Source: Microbotryum violaceum | Taxonomy: Eukaryota | Reading direction: 5' to 3' | DNA length: 64,000 nucleotides | NCBI GenBank assembly: GCA_001244265.2 | Contig: LN717261.1 | Coordinates: 2,061,591-2,125,590 of the forward strand | In this document: positions 56,357-64,000 of the stretch, piece by piece | Layout of the letters: each line of letters starts with the position of its first letter | How positions within the stretch are numbered: position 1 is the stretch's first letter | Position numbers and translations under genes: made by a program | The notes under the pieces: model-generated | What the model saw: only the letters and a program-made list of their open reading frames with translations | The model's database searches: none | What the model was told of the DNA's origin: nothing

Positions 56357-59221
56357 AGCAGGACCCCCGAAAGCCCAGCCAGAGGCGCATGTGGAAAAAC
56401 GCCCTGTTTTGGCCTTTTTGTCAAAGTTTTTTTACCCTATTCTGGCCCCAAAATGTCAAATTTCACATGCGCCTCGGAAACATTATCAAAATGTGTTCTA
56501 CATGTTCCAAAAATCGCTCAAACGTCCTCAAAAACGCGTTCCGAGCGTTTGCGGGCGCGCGGCGGCCAATCAAAAGTGGGTTGCGGCGCGCGTCGCCTCG
56601 GCTGGTGTCCGAGTCGCGCGTGGCTCCAGGCATCAAACAAGCCTTCCTTGCTTGGCTGGCAGGCTCGCTACTTCATTGTCAGAATCGGTTTGCTAAACTT
56701 GAGCTTTTTGTATCCGCCGTGGCATTTGCGGCTTGTAGAGGTTCTGCCGGCAGCATCTCGCAGGCCGGGCACGCTCCGAAGGGAGGCAAATCTTTGCTCG
56801 GCATGTGCGCTCATGCTGATTATGCGCTCATCAGGGTAAAGTGAGGTAAGGTCCGTGGTTGAACTATATGTGATCTTTGGCGGGCCTAATGACTCGATGA
56901 CCTGTTCACCATCAATCATGCGGAACGGCATAGTGCCATCAATGAGGTGAATGGAAGAGCAAGCTTTCTTGATGAGGCAAAGCTCTTGTACAACAATATT
57001 TGAAAGTACAACCAACGACGCAAGCGCGCTGTTGTCACTTTGCTGTAGATGTATTGCACTGTAGCAGACAAGACCTGTGTCCAGTGAGAACGTCACAGCT
57101 CAACTGCCACTCAAAACAACGTACCAATTCCGATAGACAGCGCTTCTTCTCCATAAGCAGTTTGATCACAGCTGAGTGAATGCATGCCACGCTTGAGGCC
57201 AAAGCAGACCAGAGATCCGATCTCCAATGTTGTGGCAGTGGTTACAGCTCCGCCGTCAAGCAAGCCAAAATGAGGATAGCGCTGTGCTAGCGCTCCGTCT
57301 GCTTGTTCCGTCTGCTTGTTTCTCCAAACATTAGATCCAGTTGCCTTCGCTCCTAAATTCAGCGACAACTCACTTGATTGCGGCTATCCTCAGTATAGAC
57401 ATTGTTCTGGATCCTCGTGTGTTGTGAGAGCTCGTGCTATCTGGTCACCTTCAGTCCAGCAAAAGCTCCTCGTCGTGCCCGCCATGTCTTTGCAGCGAGA
57501 TGGTCCCATGGACTGTACCAACCCTTTCAAGACGCATGAATGTGCTGTACTGCGTCCTTCCTCTGTATTGCTAACCCCTACGCCTGCCTCTCCGCGAGTT
57601 GGGTCGCTCGATTCCATCGGCCTCCCTCTAGTAGAACAGCTTGAGGTGGCTACACTTATGAGCAGCTTGATGGGCAATCAGGTTGGCCAGTTCAGCGAGA
57701 AATTGGTATCGCGAGCATCGACAACTTGAGGCGGAAGTTTCAAGTGTGTGGGCTGTGTAGAACCGAACACGCGTGAGCTCAGACCAAAATTTCGATAGTC
57801 AAGCTTGGTAGACACACGATCGGTCGTGAGGAGCTGTTTGCCTTCTCAACGGCCTCGAGTAGATGATAAGGTCGAGTACTGGGTGGGCTCGTCTTTGGAC
57901 AACTCGATGTGAAGAGACGCGTTGGCGGGAGCGACATCGAAGGCGAGGAGCTCGGCGATCGTCATGTTCATGTTGGTGAGCGGCAATAATCAATCGAAGG
58001 CATCGTTCAAGGCCTGCATGGGATGATGTTGTCGTGCTATGCTCCATTCTTGGACCGAAGTGAAGCGGAACGGGACCTGCGCCCCTTCAATATCTAATCG
58101 GCCTAATCCCTCACAGTCACTTAACTCATAGTCTTTTCTGCTTTTGCTGCAAGGGTTTGACGCCGAGGACTCAAGCGCGCGCGACCTCTACCCTCCTTGC
58201 AGTAAGCCGTGCTCGCACGCGCATGCCTGCCTCGAGCCTTGGTCTGTAAGCCACACTTGCGCAAGAGTTTACCAAGCCAGCTCCTGCTGTACCTTTCAGT
58301 TCCCACTGCTTGCCGTTGCCGTACCAGTATTGCTGTGTACCTCTGCCACCTCCTGCCAAGGTCAGTGGCCTTCCTTGAACTCTTCCTGCCGCTAATTGGC
58401 TGACAGGTTCCGAGCTTCTCACAGGACCCCTCCAGCGATACCGTACAGCTTCCGCCTTCCAGTCTTCTGCCTTACCAGTTGATGACGAACAGCTGCCACT
58501 GTGTACGCCTCTCTTCTTCAACACTCCTTGTTGGATGGTTGACTGATGCTCCATACTTTGTATGCAGCCATCCGCCTGCACCTGCCAGTGCTGCGCCTCT
58601 TTCGGGTTCAACTGCGTCTCGCTCAAAGAGCCGAGGTACATCACCCACCTTCAGGCTCTACCTTAGGGTACTCCTACTCTCGAATGTCCTTGTTGGACAC
58701 GTTGACTGACTTGGCTACCTTGCTACACAGACCCAACCTCGACGTACCAGCGTCCGAGGTCTGTTTTCCCTTTGCCTGCACCTGCCAGTGCTGCGCCTCT
58801 CTCCTGTTCGCCTGCGTCTCACTCAAAGAGCCGAGGTACCCCGATCAGTATCGAATCACTCGAGGAAGCGCAAATGCATCCGGTCATTTCGCACGCTCTG
58901 GGTTCCGCTCGCCCTGCCGACTACATTGCTGCATACGGAGCGCGCTATTGGACGAAGGGTCTTCAATCCTACCGCCTCCGGCGTCAGACGTCGACAGGCG
59001 CCTTATCCTCCCAGGCGGCTCAAGACGGCCGAAGTGACACCGGACGCGACGAGCGGCCCGGACAAGATGGTGATCTAGAACGACGCGTTACGTCAATCCG
59101 CGGCCTAGGTGACTTGCTAGTCTTTACGGTTGACGAGCTCGATTCGGATCAGGACGGCCGTCTCATCGTACACTTCAACCTCTTCATCAAAGGTGAAGTA
59201 CCCCTCGATGCCTTGCCCGAA

Positions 59222-59432
59222 TAAGAGACTGACGAGCGTGTAATCCAACCGTCAGTTAATTGCATATGATAGTAGCCGTAGTGCTAGATGTACGTACCTG
59301 ACGAGCGTGTAATCCAACCGTGGAGAGAAGACAACGGTTGGTGCGCATCGCCAGGCTTCACTAAACAAACGCGCGCTTCTAATCAAATAACCGAAAGCCG
59401 CCTTCCTGCTAATCCTCATTCACAACACGCCA
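59222..59432 (-). repeat. 3' LTR of Copia element (~211 bp)
   Basis: AATAAGAGACTGACGAGCGTG identical to 63980-64000. Polypurine tract GAAGGGGCGAG at 59434-59444 on minus. Internal ~23-bp direct repeat. Confidence 0.8.
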
Positions 59433-62400
59433 ACTCGCCCCTTCACGCGATGAATCTATAAGCCCCATCGCGTGTACAAACTGATAGTGCTTCTGTGTCC
59501 CGAGCCCCTTGGTGAGGACGTCCGCAGCCATGGTGCCCGTGGGCACCCAGACCATCTCGATCGTGCCTTCTGCGATGTGGTCCCGGATGAAGTGAAAGTG
59601 GATGCCAATATGTTTGGTACGAGCATGGAAAGCCGGGTGCTTGGCCAGAGTGATGGCGGACTGGTTGTCACCCCGCAAACGAGTCGGAGCGGTCTGCTCG
59701 AAGCCAAGATCCGCAAGCAAACGACGTAACCAAATCCCCTCGCGAGCGGCGTATGACATGGCCACATACTCGGCCTCGGTACTGGAGAGGGTGACGAGAG
59801 TCTGTCGCTTGGCGACCCAAGAGATAGCCCCACCAGCGCACATGAACACGTAGCCCGAGACGCTCCGGCGAGTGACCGGGTCGGGGCCATGATCAGCATC
59901 GACAAATCCCTCCAAGATTGCCGACATAGGCTGGAAGGACTTCTGATAGCGGATGCCAAAATTGCGGGTACCGACAAGGTAGCGCAGGATGTGTTTGAGC
60001 GCCTCCCAATGCTCCGCCGTGAAGTCGTTGCAGAAACGAGCAGCCTTTGAAACGGCGAACGCGATGTCGGGTCGGGTGGTGCCAGAGAGGTATAAGAGCT
60101 TGCCTACAATGGCGCGATAGGGGATCGAGGCAGGATCAAAACCGGAGTCAGCGCGATTCCTCAGAGTCGACGGAGCCGCGAGAGGTGTGGGGCAGGGGGA
60201 GGCATTGGCCATGTGGTGTTCCTTGAGGATGGCATCGACGAAATGTCCCTGGTTGACAATCGCAGCACCCGTCTTGCCCTCACGACGGATGCTCTGGCCG
60301 AGGAAGAAGGAAGCCTCGTCGGTGCTGCGAGCTTCGAACCGAGCCTTGAGCTGACAGAGCACGCCGTCGAGATCCCCGTCACCCGTGAGCAGACCGTCGT
60401 CGACATGAATGGAGAGGAAAGACCGTCGATCCCCCTCTTTGCGAACGAAAACGGCATGGTCACTGTCGGTGCGGGTGAAGCCAATGGACAGGATCCATTC
60501 AGTGAAGACCTTGTACCACTCGCGGCCCGCCTGAACGAGGCCGTAGAGAGCGCGCTGCAAGCGCACGATATCGCCTCCGGGTAGTCGCATGTAGATCTCG
60601 GTCCCGCCGAGGTTACCGTTGAGGTACGCAGACGAGACGTCGAACTGGCGGGTCTCCCACTCGTTCTCGACGGCGAGGGCGAGTAACAGTCGATGAGAGG
60701 CGGCTCGACCTGTGGGCGAGAACGAATTGATGTGCACCCCCCGACGTCTTTGCATGTCCCCGCGCGCAACAAGTCGAGCTTTGTACTTGACAATTTGACC
60801 CTCCGCATTGCGCTTGACGAGGAGCACCCACATGCTCCCGATGACAATGGCCCCGGGCGGGGGTCGAACCGGCTTGGAGAACGCGTTCTTAGCGGCGAGA
60901 GCTCCCTCCTCCACCGACATGGCGGCCAGCCAGTAATCACGAAAGGGGCCAGCGAGGGCGGCCTGGACCGAAGGAGTGTCATCGCTGTCGATCTTGGCGA
61001 GGAGCGCAGAGACTTCCTCAAACGAGTACATCTGCGTGTCAGGGTCACCTTCGTCGAAGTCATCGAACTGGATGGCTGCGTGGTCGGCAAACTCCCAATG
61101 CTGTGCTGCGTGAGCAAATCCGAGGTAGTCAGGCGGACGGCGGGTCCGGGTGGAGCGATCACCATCGGGCGGTGCGTTTGCCGGACCAGGGTTCGAAAAT
61201 GCGAGGGCGGGCGGAACGGGTGGCGGAGCGGCGGCAGCGGGAGCCACGGCCGGCGCTTCGGCGACAGGGGGCGCAGCGGCGGAACCGATGCCGAGCGGCA
61301 CGGGCGGGTAAGACAAACCGACCGCAACAGGGATGGCAGGCATGGCAGGGCTCACCGCAGGGGGGAAGAAACGGTCCTCAAAGAACCTGGCCTGAGACGA
61401 CTCAAAGACCTTGTTGCGAACCGGATCGAAGAAGCGCCAGGCCTTGGATCGCGAGGAGTAGCCAACAAAGTAGCAAAGGCGGGATCGCGGGGCCAGCTTG
61501 TTGGGACGTTGCTCGGGGGCGAGCGGCACGTGAGCGGCACAGCCCCAGGTCTTGACACGGTCGAGGCGGGGGCGGCGGGTGTCCGTGACCGGGTCCGAGG
61601 GTTCGTGCAGCACAGAGTCTGGGGTGCGCTGCTGGAGCGGCGACGAGGGGAGCAGATTTATGACGTAGATCGCGGCGTGCGCCGCTTCATCCCAAAGTGC
61701 GGGAGGCAGTCCCGAGCGATGGAGCCAGGCGCGAACGGAGTTGAAGATCGTTCACCAGCTGCGTTCCTGAACGCCCATCTGGCCGTGCTCGTACGCTGTG
61801 GAGAGCTCGTGGAAAATGCCCCGCGCAGCGAGCCAATCCCGGAGCCTGTGGTTCACAAACTCGCCCCCTCTGTCCGTGCGCAGCGTCGTGACGCCCTGGC
61901 CCCCATACTGAGTCTTCGACATCGCAACAAAATCCTGAAGGACGGCTGACGAGTCACTCTTGAGCCGGATGCTGCGAGCCCAGCGGAAGCGCGAAAACTC
62001 GTCCGTGATGCCGCAGAGGTAACGAGCACCCGAAAGTGCGGGCACAGGGGAAGGACCCCACACGTCGGCAAAGACACGGGAGAAAGGTGCGTCCGCGGGG
62101 TGGCTCGCGGGTTCCCGGTTCGGGGAAGAGACGGTTTTGCCGGCGCAACAAGCATCGCACTGATCGAGGAGGCGAATCTGATCCGGAGTTACAGCTGCTA
62201 CATCGAGTGGAATTTGACCCGACCTAACAAGCTCTACCAAACGACCCCAAGAAGGATGACCCAAGCGCTGATGCCAAAGCACTACGTCTGTAGGCAAGGT
62301 GGTGGCAGTCAGCGCCAGGTGATCCGCCCGAGGAGGTGGGTGAGAACTTGCCTGAAGCACGTAGTGGTTGCGATCGAGGGCGAAGGAAAGGCGGGAGGTC

Positions 62401-63914
62401 GTGCTCGAGATCGCGATCCCGGTATGTTTCCCAGCCGCGTCGCACTCGTTGGATAGCTCATACCCGTCCTTCATCAGGCCGGCGAGTGAGACGAGTTCAG
62501 CGGACAGACCGGGGACGAGGAGGACGTCATGGAGCTCGATGGACGCTTCGTCGACACCGAACCGGAGAGTGCCCGTACCGGTCGCCATGGCACTGGAGTT
62601 GAAGGCGCCGACGACCCGGATGCGCTCCGTGGTGAAGGGCTTGAAGTCGATGAGGAGGTCCCGGCGAGTCGTCATGTGGCGGGTCGCACCCGAATCAAGC
62701 AAGTAGCGCGGGATGTCGCTCAGGTACAGCGCCGTGTCGTTGTCACCAATGGGTACGCCGACGACCAAGTATCCCTCGTAGGCCTCGTCCTCGAGCTGAG
62801 CCTCGGGTGCACGGTCGACGGCGACGAGCGCCATTACGTCGGCCGCGCCAATGGTGATGTTGTGCTTGGCGAGAACAGCGATGCGGCGGCGAGAGACCTC
62901 TGCCGACGGCACCGTGCATTCGTCGCCAAGATGTCCCTGCTCGTAGCACCTTCTGCACTGCATCCGACCCAGTTTCAGGCGACCAGCGTGCGAGATCCCG
63001 TGAGGCCACCTCTCCTTGAGGCCGGGCACCCTCGAGGCCTGAAGGAAGGGGGGCGCCGAGGGACCGGAAGGACGGCCCGAGGGTTTCGAGCGAGGACGAC
63101 CCGAGGCTGGCTGACTCCGAGACTGCACCCGTGCCGCTAATGCCTCCGCGATGGGCTCGATCTGCCGGCTCGAGGAAAGTGCGGCCCTACGTATCGCGCC
63201 CTCAACTTGCTCGAGCGATGGGAGCGTGCCGATGGAGTCGATGACCGTCACGAGGTTCCTCGGCATCCTAGCCTTCAAGAGGTCCATGCGAACGCCCTCG
63301 GACAGCGCGGGCGCTGGTACCCACTTGTCGAAATCGCTCTGGGTAAACGATGTGCCGTCAATCCTGGCGCGTTGATAGGCTTTGTCACGGGAGACGTGGG
63401 CGGCGACGAGGTCCTCAAACAACCGGTTGAAGTTCGCAAGCCATGGGTCGAGCGCTTCGCCGTCGACAAATGGCTCACACAAGAAGAGGGCGTCGAGCTT
63501 CGCTGAGCGCATGAAATCGTCCGAAGCGCGACCGAGATCCTTATCGAGCGCGGCCCACAAGTCGTGCGTGGCGTTGGCTTTGACGCGGGCGAAGGTGGAC
63601 TCCCCCAAGCATACGATTAGCGTGTTGCGCGCCTGCGCAAGGGCCTGATCGAGAGCGTCGACATCCTGACGGTACAATCGAAGTTGGTTGCGATAGGTGG
63701 CCACATCGTCTACCCGGTTGTCGCCCTCCAAGCGAGTGAACTCGGACTGCAAAGGCTCGGGGCCGACGTCTAGAACACCGGTGACGTGCTTGAGGCGGCC
63801 CTCGCCTTTCAGGACGTTCTGAAGTCGCTCCCTGGCAACACCCCAGTTGGTGGCGTCGACTTTGCCGTATAGGTCGCCCATCAGACTGACGTGGTCAGCC
63901 GTGGGAGTCGCCAT
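59409..63914 (-). pseudogene. Ty1/Copia gag-pol with a single in-frame stop
   Basis: [76 protein letters not shown]. Domain order PR-IN-RT-RH. The two ORFs are in one frame, separated by TGA at 61752-61754. Confidence 0.95.
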
Positions 63915-63967
63915 CTTGGATATGCGCTGCGTCTTTTCTGCGTGCGGATCTGTGCCTTGCGGCAATA

Positions 63968-64000
63968 CAGACGCTACCAAATAAGAGACTGACGAGCGTG
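63968..64000 (-). other. Copia primer-binding site (TGGTAGCG..) and end of 5' LTR at window edge
   Basis: Minus strand reads ..CTCTTA-TT-TGGTAGCGTC, upstream of gag. Confidence 0.65.

Noticed and set aside
60161-63140. Long alternative-frame and antisense ORFs (388, 418, 203 aa)
   Set aside because: Shadows of the GC-rich Copia pol with no motifs.

Overview
Eukaryotic, intron-rich, GC-rich fungal DNA. Gene style and TE content suggest a basidiomycete, plausibly Microbotryomycetes (inference). Five host genes lie at 6.9-20.3 kb: CWC25, a BSP/PRp27-like HEXXH peptidase, a TGL2-like lipase, a Zn2Cys6 factor and a two-CCCH protein. A sixth, LCL3, lies at 51.1-52.6 kb. The rest is a nested TE field: two Helitron families (one near-complete RepHel copy plus many deleted or scrambled derivatives), a Plavaka transposase, a second CMC/CACTA-like DDE element, a DUF6589-type relic, a DIRS/Ngaro-like relic, two copies of a TG..TA element with CCGG/CCGT target duplications, a MITE and a Copia with one nonsense codon. 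The most notable structure is an ~10 kb two-gene DNA transposon apparently broken by an ~14 kb inversion. Its transposase halves face opposite ways, its two termini are now direct repeats, and oppositely oriented Helitrons sit at the breakpoints. All family assignments are by motif recognition; no database search was run.
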